This document shows positions 16,568 through 26,096 of a stretch of DNA of 64,000 nt, piece after piece. Both the position numbers and the translations under genes were made by a program. The first letter of the stretch is position 1. Each line of letters begins with the position of its first letter. The notes beneath the pieces were generated by a model, which saw only the letters and a list, made by a program, of their open reading frames with translations, made no database searches and had not been told where the DNA came from. The DNA is taken from assembly GCA_965203485.1 (NCBI GenBank), contig OZ241892.1, positions 128,001 through 192,000 of the forward strand. The letters run 5' to 3'. The stretch comes from Longimicrobiales bacterium (lineage in GTDB: Bacteria; Gemmatimonadota; Gemmatimonadetes; Longimicrobiales; Gaopeijiaceae).

Positions 16568-19498
16568 TCAAGAAATCCCTTTCTTGCTCGCTTCCTTCAG
16601 ATCGGTGCCCAGGGTCTTGCCCTTGTCCACCGCCGGAATGCCGTCTTCCATCCAGACGGGGGCGGGAGCGTCCTTGAGGTAGTGGTCGAAGAACTGCTGC
16701 ATGCGCACGGCCCAGTCCCTGCGGTTGGGTTCTCTGCGCAGTCCGTGTGCCTCGCCGTTGTAGTTGAGCATCCACACCGGCTTCTGCAGACGGCGCATCG
16801 CGACGAACATCTCAATCCCTTGATACCATGGTACTGCCCCGTCTTCGTCGTTGTGCATCATGAGGAGCGGCGTCTCGATCTTGTCCGCATAGAAGACCGG
16901 CGAGTTGTGCAAGTACTCGCTGGTCGATTCCCACAACGTGCCGCCGATGCGGCTCTGCGTGCGCTCGTACTGGAACATTCGGCTCATGCCCGACTGCCAC
17001 CGAATGCCGCCGTAGGCGCTGGTCATGTTGCTGACCGGAGCGCCGGCCTCCGCGGCGGCGAAGAGATGCGTCTTGGTGATCATGTAGGCGATCTGGTAGC
17101 CGCCCCAAGAATGTCCCTGCACGCCGATGCGCTCTTTGTCCACGAATCCGTCCGCGAGCACTCGCAGCACGCCGGGCACCACGGCGTCGAGGGCGCTCTC
17201 GCCCGGATAGCCGATCTCGTAGGGGATGTCGGGGACGAAGACCACGTATCCCCGGCTCACGTAGAAGGGCACCGAAATTGACGAGCCGCCCGGACGCGGC
17301 GAGCGGTACGAGTGGACTCCGTCCGACATGCGCTCGTAGAAGTACACCATCATTGGGTGCTTGCGCCCCGGGTCGAAGCCGTCGGGCTTGAACAAGATGC
17401 CTTGGAGCGGGACGCCGTCGTTGGACGTCCATTCCACGATCTCCGCCGAGCCCCAAGCGTACTCGGCCTGCTGCGGGTTGGCTTCCGACATCTTGGCCAT
17501 GTCGGTGATGTCGCCGTCGGTGACCCAAAGGTTGGGAAACTCGCGGAAGTCCTCGCGGCTGACGAGCCAGCGCTCCGCGTCCTCGGCCTTGCCGCGTAGC
17601 CGGAATCGCTTGTCGGCCATGACGACCTCCCGGGGCTGGGCCGGGCGGTCCGCGCGTCCCCGGAAGAACCCGGAGCGCTTGTTCGCGTAGTGAAACGACG
17701 CCCAGAGAACGTCGCCGGGGACATGGTCCAGCTCGGGGTCCAAGCGCGCGTAGCGGAAACGGATTCCCGCTTCGCGGCCGGCGCCGTCGGTCAGGTTGGC
17801 CAAAGTGGCGGTGTTGGGATCGAACGCCCAGACGTCGTAGCGGTCGTAGAACACGAACGCGTCGTCGTCCTCGGTCCAGCCGGCCGAGCCGTAGGGCGGG
17901 GGCAAGTCGGGATGATCGTCGAGCTCGTTCCAGACGGGGTGCGGAACGAGCTCGCTGGCGGCCAGGAGGTCGCCGGTCGCGAGCCGCTCCACCATCCAAT
18001 GGCGAGCGGCGCCGTCCCACCAAACGGCGTACTCGCCGCCGGGCGAAATCGACGCCCCGCCGAAGCCCTTGACCTTCTCGGCGACGCGCCGCCGCGAACC
18101 GGTGGCCAGATCGATGGCGTAGAGGTCGTTGTAGCGGCCGTCCCACGACAGCATCTGGCGATACGGCACGTCGGTCGTCCCCAGGGCGAAGTCCGCGTCG
18201 CCCTGCGCGGCGAACCGAACTGCGGGCACCTCCGGCGACGCGAGCTGGACCACCGGGCCTCCGTCCACCGGCACGGCGGCGACGTAGGTGCGGTTCCGTT
18301 CCTGCTCCGCTTGCACCAGCTGCATGGGTTGCAGGTAGGGATCCTTCCAGTTCCAGACGTCCAGGGTCACCTTGTCTTCCTCGAGCGGCGCGTCGTCTTC
18401 GTCCGGTTCCGGGTCAGGCCGGGGCGCGGCGCCGAAGAGGATGCGCGACCCGCCCTCGGAGAAGCGGACCTCGCCGTGCTCGCTGGCCCACCAGCCTTCG
18501 GGCACGCCCTCGGCGGCCGAACTGGCCATGGCGACGGCCTGCCAGTCCGGGGCGGCGGCCTGGAACAGCACGAACTCGGGCTGGTCCGCCTCGTAGTTGT
18601 CCCGGTCGGACAGAAGCGCGGCCCGGCTCCCGTCCTTGGCGACCGCGAGCTGGGTGTAGTTGCCCTCGCCTTCCAGCAGCGCGTGGCGGGCGCCGCTGGG
18701 CAGGTCCACGACGTAGGCGCCGTCCCCGGTCCCGTCCTTGGTCGAGGTGGAAAAGACGAGCACGGGCGCTTCCTCCGCGAAGAAGTAGGTTGCGACGTCC
18801 TCGTAGCGGGTCTCTTCTCCCGTGGCCAAGTCCAGCACGACCAGCGGCGAACCCGCCTCCTTCTCCTTGCGGGGTTCCTCGCCGTCTTCGCCGGCTTCCT
18901 CTTCCGCCGGGGCGCCGGGAGCGGCGGCCTCCGTCTCGCCCTCCGCCTCCTCTTCCGCCTTGTCTTCTTCCTCTTCGGACGGGACGTACGCCACCCATCC
19001 GCCTTCGGACGCCACCTTGTGACTTTCCACGGCGCCGAGCGCGCGCACGCCGTCCAGGCCCGGCTCGTCGTCGGCGAAAACCTCGGCCAAGCGGGCGACC
19101 GCGAGCGAGTCGCCCGGCAGATCGTCGCCCGTCTTGCCTTCCCGCTTCAAGGAATCGATCGCCGCCTCGACGGGCGGCACCTCGTACACAAGGAAGCGCG
19201 AACCGGACGTGAAGACGGGATTCGTCCCGCGCGCCACGAGGACGGGGCCTCCTTCCCTCGCGGCGCGCACCGTGAGCGACGGGTCGCCCTCCATGGCGGT
19301 CAGGACGAAGGCCAGCCAGGCGCCGTCGGGCGACAGGGAAGGGCTCGCGATTGCGTTCCACCGCAGGACGTCGTCGTGGTCCAAGGGCCGGCGTTGCGCG
19401 GCGGACGGGAACGGCAATGCGGCAAGAACGGTCGCGGAGACCGCGGCGAGAGCCGGCAGGAGCGCCGGACAACGGGAATGCTTGGCAGAGCGTGTCAT
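16568..19498 (-). CDS. Secreted S9-family (prolyl oligopeptidase / acylaminoacyl) peptidase
   Basis: Signal peptide; nucleophile motif GHSWGG, DGAV (Asp) and GEAHGL (His). Confidence 0.92.
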   Translation of the reverse strand: MTRSAKHSRCPALLPALAAVSATVLAALPFPSAAQRRPLDHDDVLRWNAIASPSLSPDGAWLAFVLTAMEGDPSLTVRAAREGGPVLVARGTNPVFTSGSRFLVYEVPPVEAAIDSLKREGKTGDDLPGDSLAVARLAEVFADDEPGLDGVRALGAVESHKVASEGGWVAYVPSEEEEDKAEEEAEGETEAAAPGAPAEEEAGEDGEEPRKEKEAGSPLVVLDLATGEETRYEDVATYFFAEEAPVLVFSTSTKDGTGDGAYVVDLPSGARHALLEGEGNYTQLAVAKDGSRAALLSDRDNYEADQPEFVLFQAAAPDWQAVAMASSAAEGVPEGWWASEHGEVRFSEGGSRILFGAAPRPDPEPDEDDAPLEEDKVTLDVWNWKDPYLQPMQLVQAEQERNRTYVAAVPVDGGPVVQLASPEVPAVRFAAQGDADFALGTTDVPYRQMLSWDGRYNDLYAIDLATGSRRRVAEKVKGFGGASISPGGEYAVWWDGAARHWMVERLATGDLLAASELVPHPVWNELDDHPDLPPPYGSAGWTEDDDAFVFYDRYDVWAFDPNTATLANLTDGAGREAGIRFRYARLDPELDHVPGDVLWASFHYANKRSGFFRGRADRPAQPREVVMADKRFRLRGKAEDAERWLVSREDFREFPNLWVTDGDITDMAKMSEANPQQAEYAWGSAEIVEWTSNDGVPLQGILFKPDGFDPGRKHPMMVYFYERMSDGVHSYRSPRPGGSSISVPFYVSRGYVVFVPDIPYEIGYPGESALDAVVPGVLRVLADGFVDKERIGVQGHSWGGYQIAYMITKTHLFAAAEAGAPVSNMTSAYGGIRWQSGMSRMFQYERTQSRIGGTLWESTSEYLHNSPVFYADKIETPLLMMHNDEDGAVPWYQGIEMFVAMRRLQKPVWMLNYNGEAHGLRREPNRRDWAVRMQQFFDHYLKDAPAPVWMEDGIPAVDKGKTLGTDLKEASKKGIS

Positions 19499-19628
19499 CT
19501 CGGTTGGGAGTCTCCGTCGTGCGTTGTCGCCGGTGTGGACGAGAGGGATGGGCCGGGCGAGGAGTCCGATGGACAGGCCGGCGCCGCCCGCGCGGAAAGT
19601 GATGCGGTCGCCGCTTGCCGGGCAACCC

Positions 19629-19979
19629 TTACCCGAACAGCGATTCCAGCAACGCCTGGCTGTAGCCCACGGCCACCACCGGACCGGTTCGCAAGGCGGG
19701 CGCCCGCAACTTGCCGGAGCGGCCCAGCATCATGGCGAGCAGCTCGGCGTCGGACGGCCGGTTCGCGGCGAGGCCGGCGCGCTCGACGCGTCGTCCCCTC
19801 GCCACGCGGAGTTCCGTTGCTCCTTCGAGCAACGCCAGGGCGGCGGCGCCCACCACTGGGTCCTTGCCTGCGTGGCGCACCTCGCCGTCGCGGACGCCCC
19901 TCTGCGCAAGGAACTCTTGCGTGCGTTTGCAGCTGGTTCAGCCGGGGCGGTGATACCGCCACTCCACGGCTTGGCTCAT
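19629..19979 (-). CDS. ArsC/Spx-like thioredoxin-fold protein, probable selenoprotein (UxxC)
   Basis: MSQAVEWRYHRPG-TGA-TSCKRTQEFL continues in frame to ...LGRSGKLRAPALRTG...VGYS. TGA is at 19940-19938, with a GAGG RBS upstream of ATG 19979. Confidence 0.8.
19905..19921 (-). promoter_or_regulatory. Candidate bacterial SECIS hairpin
   Basis: CGCAAG-AGUUC-CUUGCG stem-loop starting 16 nt after the in-frame UGA, with GU near the loop start. Confidence 0.5.
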
Positions 19980-20208
19980 GCTTCCTCGCTGGTGCGGCCA
20001 GGCCGGCGCAGGATTCCCGAACGCGGCGGCGGTCCAGCCGCCGGGCCGGAAGGGCAACCCGGAGCCGACCCGCGAACGCGCCCGGTGGCTCTTGCAGGCG
20101 GACGGCGGAATTCGTACCGTGCTGGCGTCCGGTCCGGCTACCGCTTGCCGTGTGCCGGCCGACCCAGCGCATCGACAGCTTCCCTCCCAAGGCAAGGTAA
20201 CGTCTCCC

Positions 20209-20715
20209 ATGAGCCCGACGACGGCAAGGCGCGCGCTTCCCTTCTTCTTCTTCCTCGCGGTTCCTCCGTTCCTCCTCCAGGCCGGTTGCACTCCGGCTCC
20301 AGCGAACGGAGATGCCGCCGCGGCGGACGCGCAGCCGCCGGCCCGCGAGTACGTGGGCGCGCGTTCGGCCGACGACTCCGGCGCGCTCCCGTTCAGCGGC
20401 GCCGTCTGGGTCGGCAACACTCTGTACCTGTCGGGCCAGCTGGGGCTCGACAACGGGCAAGTTCCCGAGACCGCAGAGGCCGAAGCGGCCAACGTCCTGG
20501 ACAACGTGCGCGAGCTGCTGGCGGAGGCGGGCCTGACGATGGACGACTTGGTGTCCGTCCAGGTGTTCGCGTCCGACGTCGGCGACTACCAAGCGTTCAA
20601 CGGCGTCTACCGCGCGTACTTCACCAAGGAGTATCCGGCCCGCGCGTTCATAGGCGCCGGGACGTTGCTCTTCGGGGCCCGCTTCGAGGTCCAGGGCGTC
20701 GCGGCGAGGCGCTAG
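20209..20715 (+). CDS. RidA/YjgF/UK114-family protein with a signal/lipoprotein-like N-terminus
   Basis: PFSGAVWVGNTLYLSGQLG, FNGVYRAYF...YPARAFIG and ARFEV motifs. Confidence 0.9.
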   Translation: MSPTTARRALPFFFFLAVPPFLLQAGCTPAPANGDAAAADAQPPAREYVGARSADDSGALPFSGAVWVGNTLYLSGQLGLDNGQVPETAEAEAANVLDNVRELLAEAGLTMDDLVSVQVFASDVGDYQAFNGVYRAYFTKEYPARAFIGAGTLLFGARFEVQGVAARR

Positions 20716-20783
20716 CTAGAAGCCGGAGCTTGGCCCCGGCAGGCGCCGCCGGCCTGCTCGGCCCCCGGCAGGGGGAGGAATCG

Positions 20784-22106
20784 TTGCGAGATCAGTCCGT
20801 AGCGCGCCGAATGGCCCTTCTGGGCACCGAGAACGCGTTCAAGCTGGGCGACGACATCCAGCGTTGCGTGGAGCGCGGCATGGATGTCGTCCGCTTCAAC
20901 TTGGGCGCTCCCGACTTTCGCTCGGCGCAGCATCTCAACGAAGTGGCTGTGCGAGCGCTCCGCGCGGGACGGTCGGGGTATTGCGACCCTGCGGGCATCT
21001 TGCCGTTTCGCGAGGCGATCGCGCGCCACGTGTCCGCCACGCGCGGCATCGGCGCAAGTCCGGATCGCGTGGTGGTGACGCCGGGCGCCAAGCCGCCGAT
21101 CGCCTACGCGTTCATGACCTATGTGGACCCAGGAGACGAGGTCGTCTATCCGAGCCCGGGGTTCCCGATCTACGAGTCGTGGGCGCGCTTCACGGGCGCC
21201 GTGCCGGTGCCCTTGCATCTCTCGGAGGACCAGGGCTTCGCGTTCACGGCGGACGACTTGGCGCCGTTGCTCAACGAGCGGACCAAGCTGGTCGTGCTGT
21301 GCTCGCCGTCCAATCCGACGGGCGGCGTGCTGCCGCGCGAGGAGCTGGCCGAGATTGCGCGCGCGGTTCGCGACCGGTGCGGCCCCGGCGTGCGCGTCTA
21401 CTCCGACGAGATATACGAGCACGTCCTGTTCGACGGCCTCGAGCACGCGAGCATCGCGTCTCATCCAGGCATGGAGGACTGTACCGTGATGGCTAGCGGC
21501 CACTCCAAGGGCTTTGCGATGACGGGATGGCGCCTCGGCTGGGCGGTTCTGCCCACGGCCAGGGAAGCGGCGCTGTTCACGCAGATCAACATCAACATCG
21601 TGTCGTGCGTGCCTCCGTTCCTGCAGGAGGCGGGAGCGGCCGCGTACGACGATCCGGCGTCGGCGGACGTCGTGCAGGCCATGGTGGCCGAGTTCCAGCA
21701 GCGGCGGGACTGGATCGTGCCCGCCCTGAACCGTTTGCCGGGAGTCCGGTGCAACATTCCGAAGGGAGCGTTCTACGTCTTCCCCAACGTCGAAGGACTG
21801 TGCCGCCGGCTGGGGATATTGGATGCGTGCGCGCGGCTGCCCGAGGGGGTGCGCGAGAGGACGACGCCGGCGGCGATGCTTCAGATGTTTTTGCTGTACC
21901 GGCACGGAGTGGCGACGATGGACCGGGCTTCGTTCGGCGAGATCGGGGCCGAGGGACAGCACTTCCTGCGCCTGTCGATCGCCAACAGCATGGAGGACAT
22001 CCGCCGGGGCGTCGCTCGCATCGAGAAGGCAGGGCGGGACCGGGCCGGCTTCGAGGCGTTCGCAGCGGGCGAGGGCCTGCGGGTGTGGACCGGCGAAAGC
22101 TTGTAG
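20784..22106 (+). CDS. PLP-dependent aminotransferase class I/II (aspartate aminotransferase-like)
   Basis: VVTPGAK, SPSNPTG, SDEIY, SKGFAMTGWRLG and GAFYVFPN. GGAGG precedes TTG 20784. Confidence 0.92.
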   Translation: MRDQSVARRMALLGTENAFKLGDDIQRCVERGMDVVRFNLGAPDFRSAQHLNEVAVRALRAGRSGYCDPAGILPFREAIARHVSATRGIGASPDRVVVTPGAKPPIAYAFMTYVDPGDEVVYPSPGFPIYESWARFTGAVPVPLHLSEDQGFAFTADDLAPLLNERTKLVVLCSPSNPTGGVLPREELAEIARAVRDRCGPGVRVYSDEIYEHVLFDGLEHASIASHPGMEDCTVMASGHSKGFAMTGWRLGWAVLPTAREAALFTQININIVSCVPPFLQEAGAAAYDDPASADVVQAMVAEFQQRRDWIVPALNRLPGVRCNIPKGAFYVFPNVEGLCRRLGILDACARLPEGVRERTTPAAMLQMFLLYRHGVATMDRASFGEIGAEGQHFLRLSIANSMEDIRRGVARIEKAGRDRAGFEAFAAGEGLRVWTGESL

Positions 22107-24103
22107 AGTCCCCGGCCGACGGCCTTCCGTCCGACGCGAACGGCGCGGACGAACCAGCGCGCCGGGCGCGGGCCCGTCCACCCGGCGGCGACTCGGATCC
22201 CCTCCCCATCCTGCATCGGGCGGCGATCGCATACCTCGCGGTGCCGCTCGCGATCTGGGCGCTGGGCTGGTTCAAGCCCTGGATCGGCGTCCCCGCGACG
22301 GCGTTGCTTGCGGCCGCGCTGTGGCGCGCGCTGTCCGGTTCTCGGATGCCTCGGCCGTCGCGGCCGGCCGTGGCCGCCGCGGCCGTTGCGCTCGCCGTGG
22401 TGATCCCCGGTCCGACCAGCGGCCTCTTCCTCGGCGCATCCGACTGGCACGCCTACCCCGACTGGCACATCCACCGGGCCGTCCTGATGGACATGGCCCA
22501 AGGCGCCTGGCCGACGACGCTGGCTGGCTATCTGGACGGCGAAGCGCCCCTCCTGCGCTATTACCTGGGATGGCACCTCGTTCCAGCGCTCGCGGCGCGG
22601 ACGGCGGGCGCCGCAGCCCTGGACTGGGCGGTTCCCGCGTGGACGTGGTGCGGAACGGCCTTGGCGGCCATGCTCTTCGCCCGCGGCCTCTCGACTGCGC
22701 GCTCGGCGGCGCTGGCGGCGGCCGGGCTGTTCCTGTTCAGCGGCATGGACGCGATGGACGCGCTGCTGCTGCGGACGGCGCCCGGCATGGAGTACTCGGC
22801 GCCGGCCGGCATGGTCCTGGAGTACCAGCCGCACCTGGAAACGCTGCACGTGACGCCTCAGCACTTTCTTCCTGCGGCGCTGGGGACGCTGCTTCTCCTG
22901 CAGCTTCGGCGCAGCAGGCGCTTCTGGTCCGTCGCCGGCGTGGTCTTGGCGGCGTGCCTGTTCTGGTCGTCGCTTCTGTCGGTCGGGTTGCTTGTTCTGG
23001 GAGCCGCCGCCGCCGGCGTTCGGCGACTCGCCTGGACACTGAGCTGGCAAAACTTGGCGGCCGTGCCGCTGGCGTTGTTGGCGGCGCTTTACATGGCCGC
23101 GGGCACGATCGAGTTTCCGCACGGGTGGCTCTGGGATCTGTGGGAGAGTCCGTGGCGGATGTGGATGCGCCTCTTCGTGCTGTACGCGACCGAGTTTCTC
23201 GTGCTGGCCGTGCTGGTTTGGCGGCTCTCCCCAAGCGTCGCGCGCGACCCGCTGTTCCTGGCGTCGTGCGCCGTGTTGTTGGCCGCGCCGCTGTACTACT
23301 ACGGGTCGCCGACCGTGAACGAGTTGGGGCTTCGTCTTCCGGTGCCCCCGCTCGTCGTCCTGTCCTACTATGCGATTCGGGGAGCCGCGGGGCGGCTGGG
23401 GACAGGGGTTGCGCCCGGCCTTCGCTCCGAAAAGGCATTGCGGGGCGGAGCGCGCAACGACGGCGAGGCCGGGAGCGCGCGACGGCTCGCCGGTTCCGCA
23501 GGGTCCTGGCTGGTGGCGTCGGTCCTGCTTGTGGGCGCGGTTCCCGTAATGGCCCATGTCGCCGGACTGCGTCCCGCCGTTCCTGGTCACGCGCGGGCGG
23601 GCATGTCCGTGCGCGCGGACATCGCTTGGTGGGACGTGCGGAGGTTGCAGGCCGACCGGCGGCCGGGGTCGCTCCTCGACGCTCTGTTGCGCGACAGCCT
23701 CGGCGGGGAACGCTCTCGGGCCCCGGGCCGCTTGGTCGTTCGGTCTGCTTGGGACGTGTACCTGGAGCAGGGGAATCGCCTGGTCTACGTCAAGCGAGAC
23801 TGCGACCTCGAGGTCGAGCCGGACAGCTGGCTCTTCTTGGAGGTCCGGCCCCAGGAGGCGCAACGCCAGTTCGGGCCGCCCGCGAGCCGGCGGGAACGGG
23901 CGCGCTGGATTGAACGGCCCAACGACTTGGGCGGTCGGACGCTCTGGCTACGTGTGGCCCGAGGCGCCCACTACGTGGCGGGGCGAGGCGGTTGCGTCGC
24001 CGTCGCGGACTTGGCAAGTCGCTCCGCGGAACGCTTTCGGACGGGGCAGCTGGACGGCGCGGGCCGGTTGATGTGGGAGGCCGAGGTGGAGCTTCGCCGG
24101 TGA
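22085..24103 (+). CDS. GT-C-like polytopic membrane protein with C-terminal soluble domain, paralog 1
   Basis: Family motifs LGWFKPW, DW..HRAV, LLRYYLGW, PQHF, LYATEF and RTGQL...LMWE. Start approximate; glycosyltransferase function is inferred. Confidence 0.7.
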   Translation: MDRRKLVESPADGLPSDANGADEPARRARARPPGGDSDPLPILHRAAIAYLAVPLAIWALGWFKPWIGVPATALLAAALWRALSGSRMPRPSRPAVAAAAVALAVVIPGPTSGLFLGASDWHAYPDWHIHRAVLMDMAQGAWPTTLAGYLDGEAPLLRYYLGWHLVPALAARTAGAAALDWAVPAWTWCGTALAAMLFARGLSTARSAALAAAGLFLFSGMDAMDALLLRTAPGMEYSAPAGMVLEYQPHLETLHVTPQHFLPAALGTLLLLQLRRSRRFWSVAGVVLAACLFWSSLLSVGLLVLGAAAAGVRRLAWTLSWQNLAAVPLALLAALYMAAGTIEFPHGWLWDLWESPWRMWMRLFVLYATEFLVLAVLVWRLSPSVARDPLFLASCAVLLAAPLYYYGSPTVNELGLRLPVPPLVVLSYYAIRGAAGRLGTGVAPGLRSEKALRGGARNDGEAGSARRLAGSAGSWLVASVLLVGAVPVMAHVAGLRPAVPGHARAGMSVRADIAWWDVRRLQADRRPGSLLDALLRDSLGGERSRAPGRLVVRSAWDVYLEQGNRLVYVKRDCDLEVEPDSWLFLEVRPQEAQRQFGPPASRRERARWIERPNDLGGRTLWLRVARGAHYVAGRGGCVAVADLASRSAERFRTGQLDGAGRLMWEAEVELRR

Positions 24104-24130
24104 CCGCCTGCGCAACAGTGCGGTCATGAA

Positions 24131-26089
24131 ATGAGAAACGAGACGGACTGCCACGCCGCCGCGGACCGGAGCCCGGCAAAGCCTGCCAGGGCCGACGCCG
24201 ACCTGCTTTCGCCGCCCGCGTCCTCCGCGACGGTGCCGCTTCTGGAGAGGATCGCGCTCGCGTATCTCGCGGCGCCTCTGGCCATTTGGTTGCTCGGTTG
24301 GTTCAAGCCGTGGGTAGGCATTCCCGCTGTCGCGTTGCTCGTCGTCGGCCTTCGTGGGCCGCTGTCGGGGCCCTGGAGGGTTCCCAAGCCCTCGCGAACC
24401 ATCGTCGCTGCGGCACTCTGTGCTCTGGTGGCGACATTGCTGAGCCCGGCCGGCGGCTTCCTATTGGTCGCGGGCGACTGGGAAGCTCACCGTGCCGTCT
24501 TTCTCGAGTTGGCTACGGGCGGCTGGCCTACCTATCTCGCCGACTACTTGGACGGCGAACCGCTGCTGCTGCGCTACTACCTGGGTTGGCACTTGGTGCC
24601 GGCGCTGGTCGCCCGGATCGTGGGCGTCGCGTCCCTGAACTGGACGATCCCCCTCTGGACATGGTGCGGCACGGCGTTGCTCGCGGCGCTGTTCGTCCGG
24701 CGTTTCCTTACCTTGCGGGCGGCGGCGCTGGCCCTGGCCGTTCTGTCTTTGTTCAGCGGCGCCGACGTGGCCGACGTCGTGCTGTCCAATTTGCTCCAGC
24801 AAGTCGCACAGAGTCCGGCAGGAGCGGTTTGGCTCGATTATCAGCCGTCCATGCGGACTTTCCGGCTCACGCCCCAGCACTTCATTCCCGCCGGGATCGG
24901 GTCGTTGCTGGTGATTCGCCTGAGGACCCACCCGCGCTTCGTAGCGGCGATGGGCGTCGTTGTGACAGCATGCTTGTTCTGGTCGCCGTTCGTCGCGGCC
25001 GGCCTGTTGCCGCTCGCAGCGGCGGCGCTGGCCGGGTCCGCCCGGCGCCGGTCGCCGCTGGGTTGGCGAAGCGCGTTAGCGGTAGTTCCCGTCGGCGGCT
25101 TGGCGGCGCTCTACTTGTTGGCCGGGGAGCTGAACTTCCAGCGTGGCTGGATTTGGGAGCTGTGGGAAAGCCGGTGGCACTTGGCCGCGAGGCTGGCCAT
25201 CCTGTACGCGACGGAGTTTCTGTTGCTGGTGTTTCTGGTGATGCGAATCGATGCTCGGCGTGGCCGCGATCCCCTCTTGTGCGCTTGTGTCGTTGTGCTG
25301 GTCTTGGTTCCTGTATATGTCTATGGCCTGCCTTTGAACGAGTGGGGCATTCGCGTGCAGACACCCTCGTTGGCGCTCCTGTCGTACTATGTTGCCGGGG
25401 CCGTCGCGAGCCGCCTTCCGGAAATGGCCGGCGGGCGGCCGCGGCCGCCTCGAGCCGCGTGGGGGGCCCTGGTCGCGATGTTGGTCGTGGGAGCCGGGAC
25501 TCCAGTGCGCGAGATGCTGAACACCACCCGCATTGGCCCGTTCGCCTATGAGCGTACGGGCGAGTCCCTGCTTGCAGACGTCGATTGGCGATTCGTCCGA
25601 CAGCGGATTGCTCCGAAGCCTCCGGCGCACCTGACCGCGTTGCTGATGGAGCCCGGACGGGCAAGCCGCCAACCTTCAGCGTTGTTGATCCGGTCCGGCT
25701 ACGACGTGTATTACGAGAACGGCGGCCGTCTAGTGTACGCGAAGCCGAACTGCGACTGGGAAGCGGAACACGAGTCGTCTCTGTTTCTGGAGATTCGCTA
25801 CGGCGCCGGGACGAACTTGTCCGCTCCAGGATCCCGCAGGCCGCCTTGGGACTATTGGGTCGTGCACAGCAGCGGAGACCGCCGAGAATTCCTTCGCATT
25901 ATGCTCCGGCATGTTCGCCACTACGCGGAGGGCAGAGGCTGCACGGTTTCGGCGCGCCTGTCTCCCGGATCGGTCACGAGCATCCGGACCGGCCAAGTCT
26001 CGTCCGACGGACGCCTGCTGTGGGCGGTCGAGCGCAGCATGGTCGGCGATCCTGGCGTGCCCAGCGCGCGTCCTCTTGCGCGACGGTAG
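24131..26089 (+). CDS. GT-C-like polytopic membrane protein, paralog 2
   Basis: Same motif series as paralog 1. Confidence 0.7.
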   Translation: MRNETDCHAAADRSPAKPARADADLLSPPASSATVPLLERIALAYLAAPLAIWLLGWFKPWVGIPAVALLVVGLRGPLSGPWRVPKPSRTIVAAALCALVATLLSPAGGFLLVAGDWEAHRAVFLELATGGWPTYLADYLDGEPLLLRYYLGWHLVPALVARIVGVASLNWTIPLWTWCGTALLAALFVRRFLTLRAAALALAVLSLFSGADVADVVLSNLLQQVAQSPAGAVWLDYQPSMRTFRLTPQHFIPAGIGSLLVIRLRTHPRFVAAMGVVVTACLFWSPFVAAGLLPLAAAALAGSARRRSPLGWRSALAVVPVGGLAALYLLAGELNFQRGWIWELWESRWHLAARLAILYATEFLLLVFLVMRIDARRGRDPLLCACVVVLVLVPVYVYGLPLNEWGIRVQTPSLALLSYYVAGAVASRLPEMAGGRPRPPRAAWGALVAMLVVGAGTPVREMLNTTRIGPFAYERTGESLLADVDWRFVRQRIAPKPPAHLTALLMEPGRASRQPSALLIRSGYDVYYENGGRLVYAKPNCDWEAEHESSLFLEIRYGAGTNLSAPGSRRPPWDYWVVHSSGDRREFLRIMLRHVRHYAEGRGCTVSARLSPGSVTSIRTGQVSSDGRLLWAVERSMVGDPGVPSARPLARR

Positions 26090-26096
26090 CGTCGCT

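Noticed and set aside
19134..22106. 990-aa ORF as a giant aminotransferase fusion
   Set aside because: The upstream part overlaps the S9, ArsC-like and RidA genes and reflects stop-poor high-GC sequence. The RBS supports a start at 20784.
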